Assembly: GCF_001194135.2 (NCBI RefSeq) | Contig: NC_068998.1 | Coordinates: forward strand, 24,822,251 to 24,854,365 | DNA: 32,115 nt | Direction: 5' to 3' | Source: Octopus bimaculoides | Lineage: Eukaryota | Shown: positions 10,326-23,000 of the stretch, in pieces | Layout: every line of letters begins with the position of its first letter | Numbering within the stretch: the first letter of the stretch is position 1 | The notes under the pieces: generated by a model | Told to the model about the DNA's origin: nothing | Databases searched by the model: none | The model's input: only the letters and a program-made list of their open reading frames with translations | Made by a program: the position numbers and the translations under genes

Positions 10326-11540
10326 TGTGATATACGCCGCTGGCCTATTATACGATATACTGCGTGACTCGAACACTCTCAAACAAGAATATCAAAATTA
10401 TTTGATCGGAAATATTTTTCTAAACAATTTTACTTGAATCTGTAACCTGTAATGAATATACAAGACAAATAATGTACAAAGACTCGTTCGCTATTGGTCT
10501 TATTCGATACTTGTATTGCACAATGACGTTGTTGTGAACACATCGGTTATAATAGATATGACATACAAAATATTGAGTTACTCGTTTTGCTGTATCTTTG
10601 CTTTTAACTTTCTTTTAATTGAGGAATTTATTAAATTCGTGGACTTTCTTACATCGGGGTGTGGTTTCGATGAGCAACACACCTTAGATTTGCACATCTC
10701 ACCCAGTTTCTTTCTATCCTTTCTAAATTATTCCAAAATTTGCTAACATTGGCAGATGAAAAGCAATTGACAACAATACACCACTAATGTGATACACTAA
10801 TAGAAAGTTGAAGCAAAAGTCCTTTTCCTTACAAACAGAAAATCCTACACACCATTAGTTTACAGAAGCAGTACACATACTGCAAACTGGTTTCGAACCA
10901 AAGTACAGTCTGAATAGAATAAATAGAAGAATTATAGCCCTGTAATTGCAAAGGCATACGCATGTACACACGCAAACACGCTATTATTCACAAACACACA
11001 CACACATATACGTATATATGCATACATATGCATACGAGCATACTAATAATATAAAACACACACACACACACAACACATACACACACAAACACACACACGC
11101 ACGCACACACTTATATATTTAATGTTTGTATTTCAATCAAGAACTTAATAAAAAATAGATGAATAATTATTTAATATAATTCTTCTTTGTGCCTGTTTTT
11201 GTATTGTTTTCAAAGATGCCAGCAAGTAACAACACGTTAGCAGTGGTAGATATAGATAGTACAATATTCATTGCATTCAAACAAACATGATATTGACATT
11301 TCTAAGTTATGTATTTGTTTCGAAAATAAAATAAAACTTTTCATCACTTTGATGAATAAGGAAAATCTGATTTTTAAAAATCTCAATCATGCATATTTCA
11401 TGATTTAGTTTATCAATCTCTTCATATTATCAAAAAATTAATGATCACTGCACATCTGTCTTTCATTCCTGTTTAGATTTTACCGCAGCTTAAGCTTAGC
11501 TTGTAAATATTTAAAGATGATATATTTTTAGTTAGGCAAA

Positions 11541-11613
11541 ATGACGATTTCGGCAGAAGAATTAGTTGCTGCTGCGATTGTTGTCGGTTTGATATTTGCT
11601 ATTATGGCTCCTG
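11541..11613 (+). CDS. Candidate first coding exon encoding a hydrophobic N-terminus MTISAEELVAAAIVVGLIFAIMAP
   Basis: CAAAATG invertebrate-type Kozak context; acceptor-like TTTTTAG just upstream; 24 codons plus G then a GTAAAC donor (phase 1); 17-residue hydrophobic stretch; TE-poor surroundings. No family recognised. Confidence 0.4.
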
Positions 11614-11855
11614 GTAAACTGTGATAGAATGAATTAATTCTGTTTTTTTTTTCATAAGAGTCTACTTTGTAGTGCATGTGTCAGTTTTGTTTTCTGTAAT
11701 TGATGTCTCAGATAAACCTGTATTATACAGAGCCATTATATAAAAAATTCCAGATACGAACATGTTGTCCTTTATTCAGTTGCATTGCAACAGATCTGAA
11801 GCTATATCATCCAAAGTGTTATTCCTAATTTAAAACGTAACTGTTTTTGTCATAG

Positions 11856-11983
11856 AGCACCTGATTAGCTCTGATGGAGCGAGCCTATTGTCAAGGCCTT
11901 TCATATTTTCTGCCTTTTGTGCAGAGATCTCAGAATATATTATCCACTATATCGTCGAAGATGTCAAAGCGTGCTTTGAATGA
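11856..11983 (+). CDS. Possible second and terminal coding exon (two in-frame acceptors)
   Basis: Acceptors TTTTTGTCATAG|11856 and TTTTCTGCCTTTTGTGCAG|11925 are 69 nt apart and both continue phase 1 in frame to TGA at 11981-11983, giving 66 aa or 43 aa ending EISEYIIHYIVEDVKACFE. Other phase-1 acceptors (e.g. near 12757) are also open, so this is ambiguous. Confidence 0.2.
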
Positions 11984-13464
11984 AAACATATAAAAATACC
12001 TTTGTGTGAACACGGAATAGTTTAACTTTCTGTAGATTCGGCTGTTATTACTAACAGCTTGTGCCTTGCGAAGTATTATCAAATAACACTTATGTAACTA
12101 TACTCAATTGACTGAGGCATGCTCATAACAGAATGAATTTGTCTGATTTGGGCTTTCATGCAGAGGAAGGAAATGAATTACTATAACTGAGAGGTCATTC
12201 AACCGTTTGAATAACATTCAACGTGCAGGAAATCACAAATCAGAACCCATCCTTTGGCTGTACTCTCTTGTTTTCCAAGTGTTGTATATGGCAACTAAAT
12301 TTTAGCACCGTCAAATTCTTAGCAGAAACTTTGAAATATTCAACTAAAAAATAAATTAGGCGTCGAAAGAAAGATAATAATGGTAATCAACGAGTAACGT
12401 TATCGTAATTATTTTGGCTACGTGTCGTAGATATCTGTTTTGGATTTATTGCTACTTCATTAGACCAACATTGCTTTCGACTTACTGAAGTAATGAATTA
12501 GAACTTACTACATGTACGATATCTTAAAATTGGTTTGAGAAGGGAAACAGAAATAAGGGACAAACAAAAGCGACTTAAACAATAATCCTCCGTAAAGTTA
12601 CAAGAAAATTTTAAAAGTCCAACAAGGGCCAAACGCTGTTATGTGGAACAGATTTTATGATGATGATTTATTTCTTATGTGCATCTATATCTCGTGAAGA
12701 TCTGAGCTGGATTCGTTCAAATCGTCACTACTATGGTAACGTATATTTTATTCTCAGACAAAGAAACAAAACAAATAGACTACCTCCAGTTGATTTTGGA
12801 ATCGAGACAGAATGTGTTAAAAAATATTTATGGTAAAATGTATCGGTTCGTTGTTAAACTGTTTCAGCCAATTACAAGCATTGCTAGAAGTGTCTCTTTG
12901 TTATTTACATCAAGATATATTTGCGTAAACTATGAAATCATCCATGTTAGACGTTCCTTGTAGTTTATAAATTGATAGAAACGTAAAATAAAGTGGCTAC
13001 ATTTGAAATACAAAGTTTATTCATCATATAAAACACAGTTGCCTAATATAGAGAGGTGCCAAATTACGAAAGGAATGTGAAGTCGGTTACATCGTCCTCT
13101 GTTCGTCTTGTTTTAAGTAAAGAATGATGAAACATAAAGTCAGTTTCGGACTCATTTGAACTCACTGTGATAAGGGACGAAATTAAGTGGTACATATCAT
13201 TTTGTTCGCAAATCCAGCGTTCGCTCTTACCTCAAAATAATGTTTGGTAACACTTTTCCACGGGACAAATTATGAAGTTCGGGTAGAAATGATTATAATT
13301 AACTCAGTAATTGGCTGGGATTTATTTCTTAGATTTCGGAATTACCAAATTTATTGAAAGCAGTGAAATTTGAATTCAAATCTAACAGAGTTAATACGAA
13401 CGAAGCACCGAAATTAATGCTTCTAACATAAGCACTATACCTGAAATACAAGGATAAGAACAAT

Positions 13465-13570
13465 CAAGTATACTGACCCTTGTACCTGTCTGGTACTTTA
13501 TATTACCGACAGCGACAAGATGAATAGCCAAGTTGGTTTATGAAGGTTTTGAAATAAGATTGTAAAAATA
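13465..13570 (-). mobile_element. Degraded SINE fragment (second family)
   Basis: CTGGTACTTTATATTACCGAC...AAGATGAATAGCCAAGT resembles the reverse complement of the SINE central domain seen at 29490-29520. Confidence 0.4.
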
Positions 13571-13945
13571 GGCTCTGTAACTTTCCATGACACTGCAAGG
13601 AAGATACACAGTTCTTTAGCAGTTTCTGAAAATTATACCCTCAGATTTCGTATTACTGATGATTTAACGGTGAAACGTACGAAATAACTAAAATTAAATT
13701 AAATGAATTAGTCTCAATTAGAGAGTAAATCATCTTCGCTCCTATAAGCCGCACTCTTAAGGCAATTTGATACCATTTGACAACAGAAGCAACAAGCGTG
13801 TCACTTTCTTTAATTGAAAACCCAATCGAGTACGGCAGTTTATATTACGTAGCTGCAGTTCACAACATTGTCCTAATTTGAAATTGTCAGTACAAGATGA
13901 TATTTCAAAATCTAGAAACCACTAATTATTACGAAATACTTACTT

Positions 13946-13950
<5 letters not shown>

Positions 13951-14038
<88 letters not shown>
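13951..14038. repeat. (CT)44 microsatellite
   Basis: Perfect CT run; source of the poly-(RE)/(SL) ORFs. Confidence 0.98.
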
Positions 14039-14041
<3 letters not shown>

Positions 14042-14855
14042 CCTGTACCTGCTTTCTCTGCCTGTCTCTCTGTCTCTCTGTCTTTCTTCCATAACACACA
14101 TACATATACATTCGCGCACGAGCCTACAAACTCGCTCGCACTCAATGCATCCGTTAAAATGCACGAGAATAAAAAAGAAATTTTCACATAAACACGAACA
14201 GTAAGGCACGACCGTTGCTCATGCGAACGCAAATATACATATATATATACATATATGAACAAACCCACACACATCGACAAACACAAATGCATACACACAC
14301 AGTCGAAGTAAAGATACAATTAGAGAAATTTGTGGAGAAAAATTGATAAATATATCATGAGCAAAGAATATAAAAAAATATATTTCGCCAAATTGCTTAA
14401 GTTAAAATATATGTATGATTTCATTTAGAACATTTCTCATTCATTCATTTCTCTCTCGTCCTTCTCTCTCTCTACCATTTTTCTCTTTATCACCCGCTGA
14501 CTATTTCTCTATCTACCTATCTTCTCCATATGTACGTATGAACACACACACACACACACACACACATACACACACACACACACATACACACACACACAAG
14601 CACATGCACATATTCAATACCGAATTAAAAGCACTAGTGTTGTAAACATCGACTCCACATGCTCAACGAACGTACTTTTTCTGTTCGCTGGTTCGCTGCC
14701 AAATAGCGACTGGGACGATTCCCTCATTACGTAGGGTGTTAAAATATCTGAAAAGTCATAGACATGCGGGAAAAGTCACACTAATCCCATTGCGGAGTGA
14801 TGAGTACACATATTGGGACATGTTCGTAGCTTATGAACATTAGGTACTTGACCCG

Positions 14856-14895
14856 AAACAAGGACGAATCGAAAGGTGCCCCTCATCAGCTTTAT
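14856..14895 (-). ncRNA. Degenerate hammerhead motif, probably the same family as 3157-3220
   Basis: Minus strand ATAAAG CTGATGA GGGGCACCTTTC GATTC GTC CTTGTTT; shares the AAG-CTGANGA and GTC-C(T/C)TGTTT flanks with 3157-3220, but GAAA has become GATT. Confidence 0.4.
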
Positions 14896-15199
14896 CCCAC
14901 AANNNNNNNNNNNNNNNNNNNNNNNNNNNNNNNNNNNNNNNNNNNNNNNNNNNNNNNNNNNNNNNNNNNNNNNNNNNNNNNNNNNNNNNNNNNNNNNNNN
15001 NNNNNNNNNNNNNNNNNNNNNNNNNNNNNNNNNNNNNNNNNNNNNNNNNNNNNNNNNNNNNNNNNNNNNNNNNNNNNNNNNNNNNNNNNNNNNNNNNNNN
15101 NNNNNNNNNNNNNNNNNNNNNNNNNNNNNNNNNNNNNNNNNNNNNNNNNNNNNNNNNNNNNNNNNNNNNNNNNNNNNNNNNNNNNNNNNNNNNNNNNNN

Positions 15200-15232
<33 letters not shown>

Positions 15233-15364
15233 TGTCATGAATTGGGAATACAGCCCGCCCCTGGTTCGATTCAAGTACATGATGGAATCGGAGGCAGGTT
15301 GTCCCGCCTATCTATGACTTTCAGATATTGGTGTTGCTGCTGTTATTGTTGTTGTTGTCGATGT

Positions 15365-16370
15365 TTCTATTATTATTAGCATAATTTGTCTTTTTATCAC
15401 AGGTTTTGTTGGAGCTCCTTGAGACTTGCATGCGTAGCGGGCTTACTACCATGCCAACGCGGCAAGCCTTTTGTAACAATTGTACTGGGCACTCTATTCC
15501 AGCTTCCTTTATATTCCTTTTGATGTCTTCTGATAGTGTTCCCAAGAACTAAACAATAATTGACACTATCTTCACTTTATTTATTATCCATAGCCGGGCT
15601 ATTTCGTACTTAAGAGGGTTGTATCTATCTCTCTTACCGCCTTCCTTTTTGATTACTCGTGGGTCAAAGGGCATACAACATCAGCTATATAGTACATGTA
15701 GTGCAACTTCTCGACCACCACTAACATTTTCGCTACCTGGTCGTGTCGTCACAACTTGTAATGGTTTGGGACAAGTCTAGTGCATTCGTTCGTGATATGG
15801 GCAATGGTTTCTTCCATTCTATTGCCGATGCGGTACAGCGGAGACACTGGCTCATTCCTAACGTTAACCCTCCAGTTCGTGGCCAAATCTTGGTCCTGGG
15901 TTGCAAGTATAGTGCTCTCGGTCTCTTTTTTTAGAGTTCCTTTCATCAGCCATTCTCAACCATTTTTCCCAGCAACTTCTGCTCTGGCTACATGGAATTG
16001 ATTGCGTAGTCCTTTCTTGCGTAAATTTTCTACATATTCTTTTTGTACTTCTTCCTTTGCTTTCCCTTTTTCCTGCTCTCAATACTACCTCGTTCCTACA
16101 ATGTCACTAGCAAGGTTCCCTTACTTAGGGCTAGGTATCTAATTAGGCTCTCGAATTCGATACGCATGCAGTAGTCCACACTTATCAGTCCCCTTCCTCC
16201 ATATGCTCTCTTCATGTATAGGCGACCAATGTCTGCACGTGGATGATGGGCTCCATGTATCGTTAGGAGCTTTCATGACTTTCTGTCCATCTTCCTGTTC
16301 ATCTTCAAGTCAGTTATAAGAATGTTAAACTTTGCATTGCCCGCATTCAGCATTTTATAGCTGACTTGGT
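15365..16370 (-). mobile_element. R4/Dong-like RLE non-LTR retrotransposon, 5'-truncated, internally deleted
   Basis: MDRKS*KLLTIHGAHHPRADIGRLYMKRAYGGRGLISV; WLMKGTLKKETESTILATQDQDLAT...EETIAHITNECTRLVPNHYKL*RHDQVAK; VVVEK...IADVVCP(fs)DPRVIKKE..KRDRYNPLKYEIARLW...LGTLSEDIKRNIKEAGIECPVQLLQKAC; short (AAT/AAC)n tail. The RPD catalytic segment is deleted. Confidence 0.92.
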
Positions 16371-16371
16371 G

Positions 16372-17310
16372 AGAGTGATAAGTAATGCTGGTCGATGCTA
16401 CCCCTGGCGACGAACTAGCATAGCTTTTTAGAAAAACATTAAGTAAGGCTAATCAACGAATTAAAGTAGTAGAGAGGTGTCCGATTAAAATCCCTGACCT
16501 ACAATACCTATCCCTTTGATAAGTCCACCTGTACGGAGTACGATTGTGTTGTATGTAGGATAAACCCACAGGTTAACTGTAAGGTTAGTAGTGTAGTGCA
16601 TAGTTTACGATGTACTAAGGGACGGTGCTGAAACATGACAACTACTTACATTGAAGAAACTGCACACAGCATAGGAAAGGCGTATAGGTTAACATTGGTT
16701 AGAGCTCAAAGAAGGGAAAAGCTCCTCAGTGCTCTACCAACACGCTCAGGCGGAACATGGAGGCTCGATTGATAGTATAGTAGTTTCGGTATTATCGACA
16801 CGTAGAAGGAAGATGAGGCATGTTTTCTCCTTACTGTGGCAGTGTTTAAATCGTATGTTTGGAAGATAAGAATGCGAGGACTCATGACGGGAACCTTTAT
16901 CTCTGGCCCCGGATTGCTCACTTATTTCAGATATCATCTGAAGAGTAAGATGGGACTGGAGAGGAGACGACTGTTCCAGAAAAGATGGAAGGATGTGGTA
17001 AGAAAGGTGGGTGTAAGTGACCCAGCTTAATCTCCATGGAGAATGATAAAGGTATAGTCGCTGGGCTTTCCGCCCATCAGGGTAAATCCCTTCCCTGCCA
17101 TAAAAAGTTCAGAATATATCATATTATATAATCATCAAAATTTTAAAGTTTCATCCGAACTCACTGTAACATTTATCTGTTTGTTCTGTCTTGTTTGTCC
17201 CTTTCGTGCCACTTATTATTATTTTAATAAAGAAATACATCGCCAGCCAGTGGTTGTCACACGCTGATGACGGGTCAATACCCAGAAACTCGGGTCTACG
17301 TGTATCACAT
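16372..17310 (+). mobile_element. Neptune-like Penelope element 3' portion: linker, Cys-rich motif, GIY-YIG endonuclease, HHR-bearing 3' region
   Basis: VMLVDATPGDELA*LFRKTLSKANQRIKVVER (linker), YPFDKSTCTEYDCVVCRINPQVNCKVSSVVHSLRC...TYIEETAHS (C..C..C Zn motif, VVH/YIE as decayed GIY/YIG), then RRIG*HWLELKEGKSSSVLYQHAQAEHGG (R..EH and H...H). AATAAA at 17226 and an HHR at 17259-17303 follow. Confidence 0.85.
17259..17303 (+). ncRNA. Type I minimal hammerhead ribozyme motif in the PLE 3' region
   Basis: ACACG CTGATGA (17264-17270) C GGGT-CAAT-ACCC A GAAA (17285-17288) C TCGG GTC TA CGTGT. Helix III ACTCGGGT is one change from the palindrome ACTCGAGT. Defects: C-A at the base of stem II and a 2-nt offset in helix I. 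Confidence 0.7.
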
Positions 17311-17519
17311 CAAGCTGGAGATGGGAAGGATGACTTCCCTTTTTAAATACTGATAGGGTACAGAAAGTGTGTCAATAGCCAGCTCAAGGAGATGTTTTCC
17401 TGGGGCTACGAGCTACAGTAGCATCAACCCTTAAGGGTTAGCCACATTCAGGTGACAAATAAACTTCACGATGTCGTGCAGCTACTGTTTATACCTCGCT
17501 CAGAGATTTATGATATACA

Positions 17520-17555
<36 letters not shown>

Positions 17556-18060
17556 TNNNNNNNNNNNNNNNNNNNNNNNNNNNNNNNNNNNNNNNNNNNN
17601 NNNNNNNNNNNNNNNNNNNNNNNNNNNNNNNNNNNNNNNNNNNNNNNNNNNNNNNNNNNNNNNNNNNNNNNNNNNNNNNNNNNNNNNNNNNNNNNNNNNN
17701 NNNNNNNNNNNNNNNNNNNNNNNNNNNNNNNNNNNNNNNNNNNNNNNNNNNNNNNNNNNNNNNNNNNNNNNNNNNNNNNNNNNNNNNNNNNNNNNNNNNN
17801 NNNNNNNNNNNNNNNNNNNNNNNNNNNNNNNNNNNNNNNNNNNNNNNNNNNNNNNNNNNNNNNNNNNNNNNNNNNNNNNNNNNNNNNNNNNNNNNNNNNN
17901 NNNNNNNNNNNNNNNNNNNNNNNNNNNNNNNNNNNNNNNNNNNNNNNNNNNNNNNNNNNNNNNNNNNNNNNNNNNNNNNNNNNNNNNNNNNNNNNNNNNN
18001 NNNNNNNNNNNNNNNNNNNNNNNNNNNNNNNNNNNNNNNNNNNNNNNNNNNNNNNNNNNN

Positions 18061-18092
<32 letters not shown>

Positions 18093-19639
18093 TTAATAGA
18101 AACGGAAGCAGTATTAGTACCAAAAGGTAATCATTATATCGAACGTCATGTGAATGTCTTGTTAGAACACCGAATATTGCGTCATTAGTTTTGAAAGATC
18201 TTCTCATATAGACGCAAGATTTGGTGGATTGTAATTTTTCTTATTATATACTTCCTGGAGAACTCAATATCCCTTAACGCGTATAGCCGATATATAGTGT
18301 CATGGTGAAGTTTATTCCAACTCGGGTTAGGGAGAGCTACCAGCATATTGCTTATTCCATGAGCCAACGTAGCTTAGTGGAAACAAACTACTTCTCAAAA
18401 CACCCAAGTAATAGAATACCCATTCATGGTTAAATAATATGCTTAACAAACACAGTACATCTATGCGAAACACATTGGAATTAAGTCCTTCCAGAATCTC
18501 CGCCACTTGATAGTTACAACTGACAGATCTCTTTCTACCAGCTCGGTGAAAGAAAGAAGCATATACAAAACTTCATCTGTATTAAGTTGTCTCCTAGATA
18601 CAACCTAAAGGATAGAATCTTGGTGTAAAATGATGCACAGAAAAGTTTAGAAAACATCGTAAGAAATATTGAAAAAGGAACTTGTCTAAGGTTTTGAAAA
18701 AAATGAGTGTTAGCTAAGAAAGTATGAGAATATAGGTAAAGTAGTCATGTATAATAGTGAAATTTTCCAAGGAATTATATTTATCCAAGCTAATCCTACA
18801 GATAAATTAATTACCTGATAAACTTAGGAAATATGATCGGCGTCTGGAGACTGCAAATAGAAAGTGAACCGAATCACAAACAGTCTGGAGCAGTTCGCCT
18901 GCAAATAAAAATTCTTGCAACAGTGGAGGGAAATATTTTGAAGTTTAAAAGCGTCACTAAATTGTAAATGAAGCACAGTTGCTTCCTGAATATTGGTTCA
19001 CTGAAGGACATGTTTAGTACACACGCTCACACAGACAGACACGTACGTACACGTACACATAAACACGCGCGCACAGAGAAGCACAAAAATACACAGCCAC
19101 ATACAATCTAGGCACACACACAAGCATATGCACACGTGCACATACACATACATGTACAGGCAAACACGCACACATTCGCACACACAGGTATGTAAGAACA
19201 CATGTACACACACACAATAACGTACACACGCAAGCATACGCACACGTCTACCTATTCAAAATAGAAACTGCCACACCACGCACACAAGAAAATACGCACA
19301 CACACACACACATGCGGTAATGCGCTCGCATAGGAAACCGGTCAAACATTCCTAGACAGATGTATCCGGTTCTCTCCTCCCTCCTCCTCCAACCCACATA
19401 AAGAAATACACCCTACACCAATAAATCTTCAGCAGATCTAAGAACGAATCGACCTTGAACAAAAGGCCGAACGTTTAAGGCGGTCACGGTTGGGTAATGC
19501 ACACACACCCATAAACACAGAAGCACACATACAGGCAGTCACGTGGGTATACACACACACACACACACACACGCACGCTTACGTACGAGCCTATATACAC
19601 ACACACACTCCCACCTTTGCTTCCTCTCTGAAACAAACA

Positions 19640-19960
19640 CACATCAACATACATACAAACATACACGCACGCAGGCATGAGACCAACGTAAGATAGACTC
19701 AGAGCAGACCTTGTAGACGTTGGCGCCAAAAGAGAAGTCATAAGTCACTGAAAAGGTCGCGAGCAACGAGGAAAGAGCTTTGAACAACAAAAACAAAACA
19801 ACCGATTGATTGTTTAAGCAGCTCATTAAACAAACAATCGATTAGTTAGTTGGTCAGATGTTTAACCAGTTCACTAACAATACAGACGTGGAACTAAACC
19901 TGTGTGCGGGTTATTATTATTGGCGTAATGATTCTCCCAAGACACAACACTATATCTATA
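19640..19960. promoter_or_regulatory. Speculative promoter-like region
   Basis: Locally more GC/CpG-rich unique sequence; palindromic TTGGCGCCAA at 19720-19729 (contains the E2F-type TTTGGCGC on the minus strand); TAAACAAACA forkhead-like site; donor-like AC|GTAAGA near 19688. Confidence 0.2.
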
Positions 19961-20040
19961 GCTATAACTGTTCCTCACTGCGAAACATCTTCGACTTCTT
20001 GTTGGCATTTATATACTATTGTTTCCGCTCTGTTTTACAG

Positions 20041-20089
20041 TTTCAAGTTTTCTCTTCAACTTCGAATATAATTACAAAAAATTATAAAA
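20041..20089 (+). other. Possible short non-coding (UTR) exon
   Basis: Acceptor TTGTTTCCGCTCTGTTTTACAG ends at 20040 and donor AAA|GTAAGG starts at 20090; 49 nt, no ATG. Confidence 0.25.
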
Positions 20090-23000
20090 GTAAGGCAACT
20101 TATGAATTACCTTTATGAAATTATAAGTTTAGAAGCAATATATCCTTAGATCATATGACAGCTGTTGCATTACCTTGACATTCTTAATTGACCCCATTCA
20201 ACAATATATGTTTCACGATTACATTCTTTCCATAAAATAATTATTTTCTATCTTATTAATTAAAGTTATAGAGCTTATTTAACTTACCATCATGCAAGTT
20301 CATTATTAAAACATTAATGAACTAATCATCCTTGCAATGAAAAATAATGTATGTTCCAGCGAAAAAAATTAATATAATAAGGAGATTTCCAGTAAGGAAA
20401 ATTAATGATAAAAAGTAAAATGATATTAATCTATTTTACAATTTTTTTTCCAGTATTTTTCTGTATTACTTTTCAATACCTTTTCCACACTAAATACATG
20501 GATGTTGTATTTCTAGTTATAACAAGATTCTTTGAGAAAATTCATCAGCTTTGAAACAATTGCTTCACTGTAAGATATGTATTGAGATAAAACTGTGTGG
20601 ATAGTATGTGTGTGTGAGAGTGGGTAGCGGTAGATCTTTGGGGTAAAGGCAACGAGGCATGTTTGCACGATCATAGAAAGTAAAACGGAGTACTCCATAG
20701 ATAGAGATATATAATTTGTTAGAATATCACACGTTCGTTATTTAGCACTTTTTAAAAAAGATTTCGTAATTTCTTTATGTTATTTTCTATAATTATTAGC
20801 CAACAAGGTTTCTTTTTCTTTGTGAACATATATTTTATAAATCCATACTATGCCGTTTTCTGCTTTATAATGCAGTTTTCTGTGCATTACGAAGCAGGAA
20901 ACGGCAAGGTATGGATTTATAAAGAGGGAAATGCAGTGTAACAATATGTAAAGTTTGATATTATTTATATTAATTTTTATAAATGTTTACTTGAATAAAT
21001 TTTATTATAAATTCGTTTTTGCTAGATTCCTGATGTGAAACCGTGTGTTGAAACAGATATTGCCGTATTTCAGGATAGTCATTTTCTCTTGTGCACATGC
21101 GAGTCTGTGTGTAATACCGCATGCGTAAAATTATTCGGGTCTGCATTACAATGATCGAATGATACCAAGGGAGGAGTTAAGTGTAGTTTCTATATGAAAC
21201 AGATTGTCGTTTAATAAATAGTAGTGTACGATTCTATTAGACAGCTCTGGTTACTGGTTTTAGCTTATAATTTGACGAATAGAAGATATTATAGTGATGA
21301 CTGTACTACTAATGAATATTGGGCAACTCTATAGTTATATTTATTTGTGCTGCTGTTAGGAATAACAGTGAAATCAAAAGTCTCACATAAAAATGGATAA
21401 AATTTATGTAATCGCGTAATGAGTTAATGATCAACGTTTACCAAAAAGGGGATTCCATTGGTTAAAACAGTATTACATTCTCGTTTATTTTTAAAGCATA
21501 CAACGGATAATTGCCTCAGAGAGACATATGGCTCTTACGCATCACTCTTTACTCAGCAGGGGCGAGGAACTACTGCATTTGTCCCTTTTAGAAAGAACAT
21601 ATTTTGCAACAGCTTCTTGTAACTGTTATGAATGCTGATTTCTTATGAAATTGTATTCCCATAAAGAATGCTCTCTATTAGCTAATGAGAAGGTTTTAGT
21701 TCTTGGCATTATTTCAAAATTTTACTGCAAATGGTGCTGAGAATTTTAATTCCGCTATAATTTCCAACAAATTGAAGTGAATCTTCTTCTACTTATTATG
21801 ACTAGAGTTCCATCCTGCAGTCATCTCGCACTCGCTATAAAACTAAATACTCGTGATTTTGCCGTTTCCATCATGTGATATCAACTGTCTCAGAGAATTG
21901 AACAATACACATTATCCGAGGATATTTAGTCTTATTTACAAGCCATGTATCTAGCTGACCATATGGTAGCATCGAATCTGGAATAGCAACTCTTTAAATT
22001 TACTGTATTAATTTCAGTGAAACACTTAACACTCATTATAAACTCAGCAAAATGCATTCAGTTTCTTTTCTTCATTTTGTACATGCATGCACCCAACCAC
22101 ACTAGTGTGTGTGTATGTGTGTGTGTGTGTTCTTGTGTATATATGCTCCTGTTTTTAATGTTTACACCGGTTTGTTATCTATTTGCGTTTATTTCGCACT
22201 CCATCCGTTATTTTTGTTATTTATTTACTGGGAAGCTCTGATCCAGCAAACCCATTATCGGCCGTGGCCATATCATTTTCTATATGGAAATGTCTAGATT
22301 GCACAGACTCAATACGCTGTGAAGTTATTAATGGGAGATTTGCCTGCTACTTCTAGCACATTCAACGACAACGAAGAATCCGCTTTATTGGTCTGTGTCT
22401 TATGATATCTCCAGATTTAAGTGTCCGATGGAGAGGTGATAAGAAAAAAAATACCAACCTGAAATAAATACTAATATCAGAGCACGAAAACTACCGAATG
22501 ACTCAAACCAGAAATGGTTAAAAGTCATTGACTATTTTTGTCTCTCCCGTTTGTAAACTGAGACACACACACACACACACACACACACACANNNNNNNNN
22601 NNNNNNNNNNNNNNNNNNNNNNNNNNNNNNNNNNNNNNNNNNNNNNNNNNNNNNNNNNNNNNNNNNNNNNNNNNNNNNNNNNNNNNNNNNNNNNNNNNNN
22701 NNNNNNNNNNNNNNNNNNNNNNNNNNNNNNNNNNNNNNNNNNNNNNNNNNNNNNNNNNNNNNATACGCATATGCTTCTGCAAGTATTGATGAATACCTGA
22801 AGGAAAACATTTATTTCATCATCTGTGACAATTCCTATTATATCCACATTCTACACATACAGCCAACTATATACGTATTAAGTTATCTTATGATGCTGAT
22901 GTTTTTCTGCCCAAGGTTTGGTCAGAACAAGCATGCATATGTAAAAAGACATTCAACTCATGAATGTCAAGTCTGTAAATCTCTTTCCACATTTAACTGT

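Noticed and set aside
19334-19343. GAAACCGGTC, identical to the 3' core of the 3157 HHR
   Set aside because: No upstream CUGANGA; the 5' side is CA-rich low-complexity sequence.
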